A program made the position numbers and the translations under genes. 64,000 bases of DNA from Botryllus schlosseri. Its lineage: Eukaryota. A model generated the notes under the pieces. The model did not search any database, had not been told where the DNA came from, and worked only from the letters and a program-made list of their open reading frames with translations. The stretch spans positions 7,814,001 through 7,878,000 of the forward strand of contig CM119372.1 in NCBI GenBank assembly GCA_051294905.1, written 5' to 3'. Shown here one piece after another: positions 43,391 through 57,999 of this stretch (within the stretch, counting starts at the first letter, position 1; the number at the start of each line of letters is the position of its first letter).

Positions 43391-45217
43391 GTCACTAGTC
43401 ACGTACTTTCAAAAAACAGACTAGGTCGTGGGGTTGCAGGCTTTTAGCGGTTGATCGGAGGTGGCCGCTTTCCAAATTGCGCGTTGCATCTTCGCGACTA
43501 ACGCAAAATGGCTAATGACACCACAAATAGTAGGATTACTTACCATATTTTGGGATTCGGAAAGGAGGACACTTTTTTACAAATTACAAAAGTTAGATTG
43601 CCTAACAAGAAAACTACTGCCGATTTCATAATTTTTACGGGAAATCATGTAGTTGGTAATTGTTAGGGTTACCCACCGTATTTTCGAATTGGAAAAGGAG
43701 GACACTTTCACCAAATCATGAAAGTTAGTTGACCGTAATTGAAAACGGCTGTTTTTTTAATATCTACTAGAATTCTTGTGCTGATCAAGAAAGAGAGGTC
43801 ATCACTTTCATTCGACTCCCGAATAACCCGCTCGAACATCTGTATTACCTATTTCACGTTATTTATGCCGATTTTCAGTTCCCTCTGTCCATTATCTGAG
43901 TTGTGAAAGCTGTAAAGGAGGACGAATTGCAATAAAGGAGGACATTTAGGCGTCATCGGGGGACATTTTCAATTTCCTTAAAAAGGAGGACAAATCTTCC
44001 TAAAGGAGGACGTATGGTAACTACTAACTAGCACGGAGCGGATCGAAAAATTCTCTGGTCCTACTCTGGTCCGGTTTTTAAATGCTCTGGTCCGACCCCT
44101 AGGCCGGATTCTAGAAATGACCGCGATCCGGACCGAAAAACTCCGATATTAATCATCTACTTACAGGATGGTATTGACTATTGGTTGAAACAATGCAAAG
44201 AGGACATCAAAAACGTAAAGATCAAACCCAACCCTTATCTGAAGTAATTAAAATTAATTATGCCAACTTGGACTTAGCATGTGGCATATTTCCATGAATG
44301 TTTCACTTTAACTATTGATTCGAGGGTGGTAGAGGGTAAAGCTGCCATTATCGAATGTGACATTCGATACTGCCATGTTCTTAGTAAAAAGTACTGATCC
44401 AGCTCCGGCCAAAAATGAGAAAATCCGAGCGGATATCAAATCCGGCTCCGTTCATACTCCGCCCTATTGGTAACCCTTCTCATCAGATCGGGGACTTTTC
44501 CGACCGGTCCCCAAATACGTTCCAATTTACCCTCAATGGCAAAGGGAGTTGAAGTTCATTAATCAGAGAAATACAACACTGTAAGCTGATCTAGTAATTT
44601 AGAACTAATTCAGCACACCTTTGACGCAATGTATAGGCTACAGTACATGCGACTATTTTCGACTTAAACACCCCAGTTCTGTGAATATTGCTTCTTTCAT
44701 ATTGCTGTGTTGTCCACCAATCGTTTCAACAGTACTACAGACTGCAGAGCAGATGTCTTCCCGGATCCACACCCATACCGCACCCCATTTTGCTATTAGC
44801 GCCCCCTACCGTCCAATTTATAGCCGACACCCCAATCGCCCATTTCGTGGACAGCGCCCTCTTCGCCCCTAGGAGGCGCTGGTGCCCACATTAAACACCA
44901 ATGCTTTATTCATAGTTTAATTGGTAAAGTGGTGATAGCCGACCCAGTCGTCAGTACAACGTTCTGTCGCCATCATGCAGGCTCATCACCAATGTGAGTT
45001 TTCAATTAGCCTATGTCGTAATAACGAACGAATATGACGTCCCAAAATCAAAGAAATTAAAGTAGGCTACTACACATTACAACCACTGAGCTATATAAAC
45101 AACCCAGAGGCCAATCAGCTCATAACCACCATCTAGAATGGTCGCGAAAATGAAAGTATCACTGACCTGACCTGCATCATACACTATACGGTGCAAAGTA
45201 GGTAGATAGAGATACAC

Positions 45218-45235
45218 AGAGAGAGAGAGAGAGAG
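45218..45235. repeat. (GA)n microsatellite at the end of a diverged LINE-tail-like fragment
   Basis: Direct inspection. Confidence 0.8.
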
Positions 45236-46073
45236 TCTTTATTTTTCATCAAACCAAAATACATAACACTCGGCAGTGGTGGTGGTACAGAAAATATGCA
45301 TGCACAGTATTTGGTATTAGATAGGAATGATCGATAAGACCGTGAGGGTCATCTAGTCTGATCACACCAGCATCAAACAGGTACACTTGACTCTAATTTC
45401 AGTTTACAATGCAATGACGAAACACAAAACGGGAAAAGGGTCACCTTCTGACCGCCACTACGCCTATGGTAATGCTGACCCAAATATGTGCCGCATCCAG
45501 ATGATTTTATAGTTTATTTTCCATCCAGCTGCTCCTTCATAAAATGTTGCGTCATCTAGATCTTTACATTAAAGTCTGCAACAAGTTTCATCTCGTCAGA
45601 ATTTCCGCGCATTCTTAGATGAATCATTTAATAAATGAGATGTTTATATGTATAAAAAGTTTTTCATCAATTATGCAGGGTATTTCGGCCATAGTGCGAA
45701 GCATAAATTGTAATTTTAAATAACAAAAAATACCCGTTTCTTCCACGAAAACAAACACATCAACTTCACACAATTTAAATAGCAAACGCTATAAGTTTGA
45801 TCGATTAAAATTCATGAGGCATTGCCATTCAATATTGTTCTGTATGATCGCTACATAGAAACTCACGCACATCCCCAACAATATCCTATTAATATTAATT
45901 CAGTTTCGACCTAACTTTACCCTTTGTATGCTCGATACATCAATTTGCTGAAATTTACGTATTTGCGAGGGGAAAAGTGCGAATCTTTAATTTACAATTG
46001 TGATGGACAACTCCAAATGACCAGCCCACTCAATTGAGAATATGAAATGAAAGGTTTCAGTATTAGTTTAACT

Positions 46074-48009
46074 CAGTGGTTCTTAACTTAACTTTGCCTC
46101 CAGCGCCCCCCAAGGGGCGCTGGCGATTCGAAGGGGGCGGAAACGCTCAGGGGGCGATATGGGGGGCGCTGAAGAGAAATGGCTTCGCAGTAGATGATGT
46201 AGTAGTAGGACATATCCTTAATGACTATTCAGAGCAAATTAACATTCCACAAACATGTCAAATCCCGAATTTTTTGGTCGCTCTACGCGACGATGTTTGC
46301 TATATATGTTTTTATAAATGTAGTGGGTTAATGTAATTCATGTAAAATGAATTGCGCGTACTTTTAGATCGCTAATTTCCCGTTAAAACACTGCCGTCAC
46401 GCTAGGGTTATTTTCAACAAAATGTTTCGAACTATAGGTATTATAGCCTATCCCGCAGCTCACAGCGTGTGGAAAACGAAGAAGGGTCACTGTATATCAC
46501 TTTTGAGAGTGAGAGCCCCTTGTACATAAAATATGTTTCGAAGCTTTGTGCACGAAATGAATAACTAAATATACTTGTATTTGAGAGATACAAGATTAAA
46601 TTGTCAGTATATTTCTTCATCGTATCATAAAGGATGATACTATCTAGTGATGCGGTCCACAACCTCACATGAATGTTACATAATATGAGTTGTTTTGTTT
46701 AGAATACCGTCATGTTAAAATTAATAGCTGGGTACAGTACTAAATTCAATATGAGCAGATATGCATACCATTCTCAGTTTACTTAGTTAGTCACACAAAG
46801 CACCAAAACAAAATCCATTACCAATAATACCCCGTATTGCCAATTGCTGATGTGAACTCGGGATGGTTCTAACCACAGGGTATGGGATCGTGCCCGATTG
46901 CTGTTATAACAACCTTGATATGACTCTGAATATACCACATACAACTATTATATGGTTTATTATAATCGAGTGGTCCTCAAGCGCGATTAAAGAGCGAAAT
47001 ATTTCCAACACTAAAGTCCCGAAAAAACCGACTGGACTTTGACGCCTTACCAGGAGCGAAACTGTTGCAACCCAAAGCCCAAATCGTGGATCAGCTCGGA
47101 GGGGGCCCTAAATTAATTGTGTGAATGAACATAAATTATACATCATGTATTGGCGACTCCCTGACGAAAAAATACGCATAATTATAGAAAATAGAAATAT
47201 GCATTTCGGCGTCTGTTATTACCACGCCACGATGCACGAAGACATATGAAGTTCCGGCCAATATGGGACTCCGAGAAGTGTGCCTAAAGATCGTCAGCGA
47301 GAAAACCTTAGCCGAAGAGGATTGCCCTTATGTTGACCGTAAACTTCGCTAATTGCCCATAGGTGCTTGAATCGCTCGCGCCGAATTATCATGTCGTCGC
47401 AATCTGCATCCCACAGCACAAATAACATCCATCGGAGAAAAAATATTTGGCAGTGAAGAAATAACAATTTTGAATCGTGTGCTTACTTTAGTAGTTCAAT
47501 TCGTTTATGCTTTTGAATATCTTTTGACTATATAGCGGACAAGAGGTAACAAAATAACAACATGTAACGAAGTAATCGTACCAACGGGCACGCCAGAATA
47601 TGTTCAGTTATTAATTACGTGGCCTTAATTTTCCAAGACAACAGCTCACTCAGCGCTACTGGTAAATCTGATTACGCGGGATGGGAGGATAAAAAGTTTG
47701 TAGCGACATATATATGCAATTACCACCTATTCATTCACGCATTACATAAGAGTTTGGCGCCTAGTAGGGCGACCAGGCCACACACACTTTGCTGACCATT
47801 GAAATCAAACGACGGAGTTCTTGGGGGCGAAGCCCCCAGAAGTTTGGCTGGTGCGCAAGACTATAGTTTTTAGTGGGGCCGACGAAGTGCTGTTACTGCC
47901 CTCCCTCCTACCTATTGTCGTTAACACAGTCCTTACAATACAGAAGGGGCGCTAGAGCCCGATAATTTTTGAAAGGGGGCGCTGGAGGAAAGAAGGTTAA
48001 GAACCACTG
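46074..48009. mobile_element. 1.9-kb hAT-like non-autonomous element
   Basis: TIR cagtggttcttaac / gttaagaaccactg; ggggcgct subterminal repeats; perfect TSD gtttaact; no transposase ORF seen. Confidence 0.88.
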
Positions 48010-48534
48010 GTTTAACTTAAGGATTATTCTCAAAATAGTGTAAAATATTATTCACATAATTTGGCTGCCTTACCAAAGTTAAGTAACTTCGTTTAAAAAT
48101 TTGATGGATTGCGAGCTGAACATTTGAAAAGAAATCTTTGTTATTCCAATGGCATCTTCGCCAAACGGCATTTTATTCGTAGTCACTGAGAATATTTCAA
48201 TTCTCATAATAGTAGTTTACTAGTAAATCAACTGTCACATTGACATTCAATGGTTTGACAAGGAGACCTGATATCACATCGATTTTCAAGGCCAGAATTC
48301 CCCCTTTGAAATTTGGATCGCAGGCCTATGCTTTCTCCCTCGGTTAGATAGAGTAGAAAATGAACGGAGCAACAGTAGGCATATCATATGTCATGATGTG
48401 TTGGCTAAAAATAAAATAACAAGCAAAACAGGCACCAAGAACAAAGTGTCCTCTTTTTGAGTTCTGGAAATATGGTAGGCCTATAAGCAACAGCGAAGGC
48501 AAAAACAAATGAAATATGGGTCAGGGGTTGCGAA

Positions 48535-48935
48535 TAGGGTTGCATTTAAAACGAACATGTTTAAAACAAGGCCCTGATTCAAAACGTGTTTTTTTGTTTT
48601 TAATGTTTTTTAAATCCATGACGTCACGAATATTCAATTGTGACGTCATAGTGGATCGGCATTGACAATTGAAAATATAGGGTGAGAATAGCTCCTTTGA
48701 CTAAATATATGTACTATTGCTGTTGAACCGACTATTTTGAGGGTTCCAACCATCCCATATCGATATACATCGCTACGTCGGGTGGTAATTGTCCGTATAG
48801 GCACACATAACATGTTTTTTGTAAATTATGGCATAATTTTACAACTTGAAAAAAATGTTCTTCTTTTGAAGAGGCCTTTTTTTATAGCAAGTTTTAAAGT
48901 GTTTTGAAACACCGTTTGTTTTAACTGCAACCCTA
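48535..48935. mobile_element. 400-bp MITE
   Basis: TIR tagggttgca / tgcaacccta; perfect TSD gttgcgaa. Confidence 0.85.
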
Positions 48936-51864
48936 GTTGCGAACCTGTTTGGCTCGCGACTATAATGGAATATATGGTATGATATGGCCTTCGATAAATT
49001 TTGAATTTAGCACTCAATTCCCATCTTATTTATCACAATTGCTGCAACTTTCTTGTAAATTTTCAGAAGAGACAGAATCATTATTCATGTGGGGACTGAG
49101 GCAAGTCTATATTGTGGCGTCAGGACAGCGTATCCAGGGGGTTTTAGGGTTTCGGAACCCCGTACTAAAATTTATGTCAAGTATTGGCTGCAGATAAATC
49201 TTTGTTCATTTATCAGTTCGATATAATCGTTTTTTTCCATGATCGGGCAATATGGTACCTTCGAGTTATTCAGGCGTCTACATCGGACAAATCTAATCCG
49301 TCGCGTTCGATGCCAAGTTTGTATAATTACAAAAGCAAACTTGCTGTCGCGCCGGTAACCAATAACAATCGCGAATTCACCGTATCCGACATAGCACGTC
49401 CCGAAATCTTGGATTGCAAGAATCGTTGATTGATCAAAGAGAAAAGCAGACATATCGACACAATGTATGACAATGCAGTTTTCGAGTTTACATTTTCTTC
49501 CTAATCATCGGCTAGAAATGACCTCATGTCGAAATGAGATGGCGTCATGGCCATCCACATTACCGATTGTTAGGTAGCTTGCTGGCACTGCACTGTAGGC
49601 CAGTAGCGCAACGCTATGTTATTGCCGGAGAATTTGAGGATTGACTCGATTGAGTAGTACATTTACCCAAATAACTTCAGTTAACAATACTCTCTACCGA
49701 AAAGTTATTATCCCGGCTTCGAGGAACTGATTGAACCGTGCGCACCTAACTGACAGTGTCAGAGTCTGTAATAGCATATCGACAAAAAGGTTTTGGCCGA
49801 TGTTTTGTTTGATCCCGGCCATCCGAGTCGATGGTATAAGCTGCAGTAGCCATACAGTATCTTTGTTTTTGAAATCCGTCAATCGCTGTGAGACTTTCGG
49901 TTTCCTAATTCTGTTTCTTCCAAAACAGATTAGATGTTCAAACTCTTCGCACAGGATTTACCTCACTTTTTTGTCCATGATGAACATAATATGACATAGG
50001 TACGGCACGCCTATAAAGGCTATGGGCACTGTCTGTTTAAACAGACGGCTCTCTACGGCGTGCCAACTTTCATCCCGCTCGATTGCGGCTCAGATAACAT
50101 CGCTCCCGGAAAGCAACAGTAGCAAGCTACGGTTTACATCACGCACTGCAAACATAGGGTATGCGGTGATACCTGTCCGAGTGTCCGTGCATTCTGTAGG
50201 TACCGAAACGAAAACAAAGACGGGGTCAGACGATGTTAACGTTTATCATTTTACGGTCTATATTTGTTCGTGCTGAAACGTGATGTGCGAACTGTCGCTA
50301 AACTGTTATTCGGGCAGACGAAAGAACGGCGGAACGCCATTATGGAATTGGAGATACAGATTGTGTCAGTCGAATCTCGACGAATTATAATCGCAATATT
50401 CATCGACTAGCGGACTGATATTTCATAAAGTCACATTTTCGATGCATAACTATTTTCGATAACTGTGGTATACTATTTGTTATTGTGCAAAATGTTGTTC
50501 ATTTTTATATTTTAAGTCAAATACGGCGAAGCACATCTCAGAGGCATTACGCGTTATGACCAAAGTTACACATCTAGAAAATTTTCAGCTTTTCCAAATT
50601 TCACACTAAACAGTATACAGTTCTCGATCCTGTAGCATTTCTAGGAAAGCGAGAGAAATTACATTAGAATTAAAATTAGAGCATAGAAATATTTCACTAA
50701 GTGCATTTAAATTTGTATTAGAGCAAAGAAACGTTTCGCGAATTAGATTAGGATTAGGTTACCGGCATACTGATTTCGCTCAAATTATTCTAATAAAAAA
50801 ACTAGAATTACCTATTCGTCCGAGTTTGGTTATGGCCGATCATTCTGTGAGAATGGGTAAGGCGCCATTTTATTTCAAGCATTGCATTGTGTACCAAGAC
50901 TAACATAATTTTCAAGTTGATACATGTCGTACAGGCTTCTGAAGCATTCTCTCGTTTCGTGTATAATCGATATACACGCAATTGAGTAGTAACGAAAAAA
51001 GCTAAGAAAATTTTGTCTTTTATCTGGGTCTTTTTACGATAAGCTATGCCATAATACGATAGTTCCGAGTAAGAAAGTGTCTTCACTGGGACTAAAACGA
51101 CCAATTGGATTGCCAATATCGGTTCAAGTTTTATTGCGCGTTATATTGCGCCTGATTCGATGTTCCTGACATCTTCAAGGGTACATTTATAATGAGGTTT
51201 TTCGTTTGAACGGACGGGGCTAGACCAGACCTACTCAACTATTTTATCATCTTTTAGAACAGGTCCAGCTACAAAACTTAAGAATTTGTTCAGGTCCGGT
51301 ATAACTCTCATGAAATAACTCACAGTCATACTAATGTAATGCATATATGCAAGATCGGGTAAAGCGGTATTAGCAAAAACAATAAGCTAAATCTATTCAC
51401 TGCTCTGTTAGTCCAAGCGAGTGAGAGAATTAGCAAATTTACTTTCTTGCAAGTTCATTAAAGGTTGTTTCTAAAGCGGCGAGAGAGAGTCGAACGCAGT
51501 GGTCGAAGGTTCTCATTGGTCGGTGATCATACCGATGCAAAATCTATTCTTAATAAGTTCATGTTTGAAAACGCTGACTCGCAGCTGTAAGTAGACCCAA
51601 ATCAACGACAATGGGTTTGGTTTTTCTAACTGAGACATATAAGGTCCGGATTCAGCACTGAAAAGATCCGCATTCGGACCATGGGCCGCCAGTAGAGCAA
51701 CCCCGCGCTAGGCCACGGAACAGAGCGGAGACCCATTGTGTGGATGAATAGCGTACAGTGACACGCACAGAAAATGATATCTCATTGGATTCTAAACACT
51801 CTAATTGTTTCTCTCTCCAATTTGCATACAGGGCTCTAGAATAGTTCATTATCTAGATTTGTAA

Positions 51865-54306
51865 ATGGCCGCACAGGACAGCGCAGCACAGTCGCTATTT
51901 TCTTCAACGGTTCGGATAACGTCGCATTCGCCCAAATCCGCCTTGGCCATGCGTTCTGACAAGTATCCTCGCACCCCGAAATGCGCTAGATGCAGAAATC
52001 ATGACGTGGTCAGCGCACTAAAAGGTCACAAGCGGTACTGCAGATGGAAGGACTGCACGTGCGCCAAGTGCACGTTAATAGCGGAAAGACAGCGCGTTAT
52101 GGCGGCCCAGGTACTGCATTGCTTCAAATAATTTTAATACACTATTTGAGGTCGACATACGGATTTAGTATTTCTTGTTAACGGAATGAATTTCAATATG
52201 TAATGTTCAAATTCATGACAGTGTGTTGATCTCTTCGCAGGTCGCGCTCCGCAGACAACAAGCACAAGAAGAAAGTGACGCCCGCGAATTTAGGCTCCTG
52301 TATTCGGCAGGCGAGAAAAAGAATGAGAATTCCCTGGAAACTGTGACGCATATGGACCGACAAAGACTGGGTATACATAACATATATTCAGCATAGGATT
52401 TTGAGAAAAATAATATCGCTGCCGCAATCATATTCAGCCGACTTGAGCGGAGCAGAACGGGTCGATGTATCTTCGTTTGAACCAAACGAAAAATCAAAGT
52501 CACGGACAACGGTCGGTTGCGCAAATCCTGATGACGACGAGACTTCTAAACGGTAACAAATTTTAAATTTGAGTCTGCCGTAGTCATGTCCCCAGATATA
52601 CGAGTAACGGTATTAAGTTCAAATTTCGTCGTGAATTTAAGCAATATGACACCAGAGATATATCATGTACGTGTACGATGTAGCAATTCCGGGGTTCTTT
52701 ACCTTGATTAATTTGAATTTGATAAGTTCTTCCGTTAACCATATCAAATGAATAATCTACATCGCGGTTCGGTCGAGACGGTCCTTTAATTATTTGGCTT
52801 GAGGCTGTAAAATCGGGCCGAATACCATACTTGGAAAAACTACCAAATGATTATTGTGCTACTCCTCGGGCTAAACCTGACTTCAATGTCAACTGTCGGA
52901 CTCAGGCAGAAATCCGTGTGGCTCCAATGTATACGGTGCGACTCCATTTCTGTATCAAGACTATATTCATCCTACCCTGAATTGCTAATAATCCATGATT
53001 TAATAACAATAAAGCAGAGAAAAATTTGGCGCTAGGTTTATTGTTTTCATAATCATTTTGTTTTTATTCAGATCAAAACAGAAACTTATTCAAAAACTCT
53101 TTCCTCACGTTGATCACTCCGTCATAGCAACATCTTTGGACGACTGCAAATGCGATATATCTTTAGCAATCGAGAACGTAAGTGCACAGCTTCCACACAT
53201 ATACGTATTATAAATATATATATCACATATTTTCCTTAAATTTACATAGATTTTGAAGGAACACTCGCCTATCACCAGCATGCCAATGGATAATCTCCGA
53301 AAATCTGCGGTTCTGGATAACACTGAAAAGTCCGATGAGCTGAAATCTCGTCATCGCGAAGGTAAGACAAAACAGACCAAAAATATAGTTTATTTATAAA
53401 GGCGAAAATACTTACCGCTTCCAGCAAACGATCCCGACCTCCAGAGAAACCCGAATGATGATTGAAAATAATAAACAAAATTCCAACGTTCTCTTGTATT
53501 CCTCGCAAAGGCTATACCAGTGGTTCCCAACGTGGGCGATATCGCCCCCAGGGGGCGATTTGGCGGTCTAGGGGGGCGAAAATGACGAAGGGGGCGACTT
53601 ATAGGCCCTTTACTGCTTAATAATTAAGCATATTTCGGTCGAAAACAAAGTTATCAGTATGAAGGTAACCTTTTGGAATTAACTTTTGGAATAAACTTTA
53701 CTGCGGTCCGGCCCGCAAGCGATCGAAAGTTTTGAATCCTGCCCGCAACCCAAGTATAGTCTGATACTCCTGCCTTAGACGCTCACACTATCCCTGTAAT
53801 CGGAATTGAATTTTGGGAGAGCTTATTACTGCTTCGAATCCAATGTAAATTGTAAAATAGTGACATGATGGCTAGTGTTCCGTTACATCAGTAGCGATCA
53901 TTTAAGACAATCATTTCATATGAGATGTCTCAATTAAGTAGGGTGTATCGGACCGTGTCACAGAATCACGATCGCATGTTGCCAGCATGTGTTGTCATCA
54001 GTTACCTTCTCAACCTTCAAACGCGTTCTTTCAGGCTACTCCACAAGAAGCCCGGCCTTCAAATACCTGATGACGCCTGAAGACGTGACAGAAAGATCCG
54101 TCCGATACCAACCGTATTTATTAAACAGAGTGCAAGATCCAGCGGTATTCTCGTTTGGAAGCAATTTACGTATGCCATCAAGCTTGTGCCCACCCAACGC
54201 TGTCTCTTCGTACTTCATGCCACAGCTTGCTGCTTTCGGTGACTACACCTTTAGTGGGATCATGCGAGATATGACCGCTAACTCTGGATTTTTGACGAAC
54301 AATTGA
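51865..54306 (+). CDS. DMRTA: Doublesex/mab-3-related transcription factor, DMRTA (Dmrt4/5) type, 6 exons
   Basis: Exons 51865-52110 ([50 protein letters not shown]), 52241-52370 ([21 protein letters not shown]), 52438-52552, 53072-53177 (DMA domain [30 protein letters not shown]), 53250-53361, 54035-54306; all GT-AG with compatible phases. Confidence 0.92.
53518..53772. mobile_element. Degenerate or chimeric hAT-like MITE in Dmrt intron 5
   Basis: Left end cagtggttcccaac with ggggcga repeats; right part has ggcccgc repeats ending actcctg. Confidence 0.5.
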
Positions 54307-55016
54307 CCTCGCACTTTCTACTGGTTATTGAATAACGTGACTAGATAGTATATAGCTGTGAAATATGGAATCATGAATGAGTATTTTGACTACAACTATC
54401 ACATCTGTCTCGTATTACGCTATATTTTTGGGTTACGAACGGAGCTCTACCGATATTCGCATCCGTAGGATTAACGGTATCGGTTAACTCTGGTCGACCT
54501 CTCCAATGACGTAATCAATCCTACAATTATACGAAGTGTATTCAGTACTGTCTGATTGGTTTATATCTATGAGGACCTTTGGGATTCATTTATTGGTGGA
54601 AATGCTGAAAACTGATATTCCCCGGACTATATGTACGCCTGCTGGATAGTTTCCTACTCAGTTTTAATAAAGGAAGTAAGTATGGGATATAATCTCAAAA
54701 TTACTACCGCTAATTCGAAGTCCTTGTTAAAATATGTCTCATTCTGACATTGGTAGTGAATACAGGGGTTATCAGCAAAATTTGTCGTGTCAATGATATC
54801 GGTATCGGCTGTAAATTAGCAGCAGCAAGCCCAGCACGAATTTCTGCGAGTATTATGTCGATTGATTAATTGATAAACATACATCCATATTGAAATACAC
54901 AACCGACAATTACTAAGAGTCTTTCGTGATCACAATTATTGAAAGTTTTCGGAGACAGTCTTCTGTGAAAGTGCTTGCGGTTATGCTACGTGGGTAATCG
55001 CCATAATAACACTAAA

Positions 55017-55040
55017 TTGTTGTTGTTGTTGTTGTTGTTG
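55017..55040. repeat. (TTG)n microsatellite
   Basis: Direct inspection. Confidence 0.85.
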
Positions 55041-57582
55041 GTGAATATTTAAAAATAATAACTGTTGTTCTTTTGCACAACTGCCACGAACAATAGATGT
55101 GGATAACCGACTTTGCATAATGTTTTTTTTTATGAAGGTTGTAACAATTATTCTGCCGTGTACAGGGGCATGCCGCCACAGGCCCTACAGCATGCTCTCA
55201 TACGCGAATACCTCATTGTAAAATCATATAATGAGATTTTCTGGCCCTAGCCTGGCCAACGTACGAAATTTGTTGACGCTAGCTATTCTACTGCACGGCT
55301 CCCATTTCAACTTATGTGACATTTTCGTCGTCAAATTTCCTGTTATGCAGATAGTGATGATAGATGAAGACCCGAGAGTCATACACGAACCCTTTTCAAG
55401 ATGATACAATATGTGTTAAGCGCTTTCCTATGACCCAGACATCCCTTTTACGTGAGGGATCGGAGGTTTTACTCGATTTATTTGCAAATATAAACTTCGT
55501 GCAGTATAGAAAGTAGACCGTTTCAAGGTTGTGTCACTTACAATTGTGGCCTATGTTCCACGATAGTCGATGTTTGGTAAAACTCAATTAGGCGCGAATT
55601 ACCTTCATTTTCCGATATAATTCGTCAGACATCGTGCGATGAAGTGCTTCCAGTAGAATTAAGGCGAAATAACACCTGATATAACAAGGAGGTAAGCCGA
55701 TGTGACAGAGAAGACATTGAGGTGTTTGCGGTACGTGATATTTTGGATGATCCGCTACTGTTTCTTTCTGTAGAGATGTTATCGGTATTGCTCCAAAAAA
55801 AGACCAAACTACTTTAAACCGTTGTAGGATTACTCGAACGGAATCGATGTTCACGTTCGACGTTTTGAATTGTTGAAAGGACAACATTTTATTGATTTTT
55901 CACTAAAAATTATAGTGTTATAAGGAAACGCTGTTGATAGCTTTCAGTTAACACCCAACTCGAAGGCTGAGTTGGTATGTTAGTATTAGCTATTATGTAT
56001 AATATATTATTTCAATGCTGGTATATGCAAAATATCCTATGTTCTATATCGGCGTAGTCAGGTGGCGGAAGACGACTTCCTGCATTCGAACACTGAGACG
56101 TCATATCTGGTTAGTGGTTATGCAATGCTTTCATTGTCCACCGCAATGGATATAGGATATCTCGCCATTGTTAAAACAATTTCAGACCATCAAAGTTTCA
56201 GTTATTCATTTCATATTTTCGTCCTAGATGCGACTACGTTATCCTATTTTATGTTTCAACGTGTCGAGGGGATTATTGTTACGTTATCAGAGTTGTGACT
56301 TCACTTCACTTCTGCTGTCTACTTAATTCTAACGCTCCAGTTTTTTTCATGACTACGCCCATGGGAGGAGGCAACGCTCAAAGCACAATATAATAGCCGG
56401 CGATATGCCTTCTAATCACTTAACATTATACGTATCCCTTAAGCGGGACCACTTTAACACGGTAAGTTTGGTCAAATCCTTTTTGAGGATCGATGTTTAA
56501 TGCACGCATATAAAGAAGCACGTGCCATTTTGCGACTTTTACGCTATATATATCAGAACATGTGTATTATGATCCTACGATATGAATCGGTATATAATCC
56601 ACGTATCAACAATACAGAGTAAACCGAAGTAGATCGTTAAGTTTTGATCCATGTATATATACCATGTACGTGCCAAGATGAAAATTTGAGATTGTATCCT
56701 TCAAAATTCAAGCTAAGAGGTTCGGTACAATGCTCAAGCATAGCCTTGGATCATATCGGAAAGTTGTTGTAAGACGCGTGTAATTCCCGAAATCAATGAC
56801 ATGTATATATCAACACCACGTGAGGTCCACTTCAGCAATTGTCAGGTATACGGATTTATCTATTCAATACAAAACTAATTGTTACAAATTAGGGATTTAA
56901 TCGGTGTTTGATATTTTGTCTATTGTATCCGAGCATATGACATTCACATGAATTAAGAATATAAAGTTGAATATATGGTCTATCGATTTATAGCATGTTC
57001 TTCACACCAACCCTGGCCTCAGCAAGGAGGGCGCTATCGTCATTTCCATCGTAAATTGGCCACTTTCCATCGATGCAACGATATAGGAGTTACGAACGCT
57101 TAATATTTCGGCCTCGCCGCCTAAAAGCGCCCTTATACAAAATTGGCTGAAGCGACACCGATCTATGCGAACATTCCAAAGTACCTGAAACAGTGGAGCA
57201 TTTTTTGCTGCACTGCCATCGATATGATTTTCACATTTCGATATATAATCCACGTATCAACAATAGAGAGTAAATCGAAGTAGATCGTTAGCTGAAAATC
57301 GCCACAACAGTACCTCGACGGCTATCCGACAGTCGTCGAGCATGTCCAGTGTCCATATTCAAGTCGAAATACAAACAATTTCTACTGAATCAATACTAGC
57401 CAGCCCTATAGTTTACCAGACCACTACCTGACATATCGATCTCGCTTTCCGACACGGGCAACCTCTTTTTGTCGCCTATGACGCGATACGTTAGGTTCTG
57501 TTCTATGTATATGTTGTCCTTATATAATATCTCCTACTACTTTTCATTTAGAGTGCATGCCTACTTTTTACATGGCCTAGGC

Positions 57583-57999
57583 CAGGGGCTGGCAACTTCT
57601 CCAGTTGGCGGTCCGGATATGGAAAAATGAAGTACTTGGCGGGCCGGATTACCAAATCGAATCATTAATTGCGTATTTATCCACATAGAGAAGGAATTTA
57701 TCGTATTCAATTCTATTCAAACAATCTCTGTTAGAGTCAATGAGACACCTGTGGTCCATCAAAATTGTCAACAAGTTCCCTGAATTGTGGCTGCATGACG
57801 GACGTACAAACTCTTATGAAAGAATGCACCTGAACGTCGGATAGATTTGAACCCTACTTTGTCTTGTTAATTTTGATGGAAGAAAATGTCTGCACGCAAA
57901 TGCATGTAGGCCCGCGGGCCACATTATCATGTGAGACCAGAAATTGTCCGCTGCAGGCCGCTCAAAATCGCGTCACGGGCCGTATGTTGCCCGCCCCTT
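57583..57999. mobile_element. hAT-like MITE inside a LINE 3'-tail copy (~57330-58120)
   Basis: TIR caggggctggcaac / gttgcccgcccct; flanks gcctaggc / ctaggc; same family as 3204-4108. Confidence 0.8.

Noticed and set aside
55588..55887. Minus-strand ORFs downstream of Dmrt
   Set aside because: No motif; the alternative frame has an internal stop; cannot be supported as coding.
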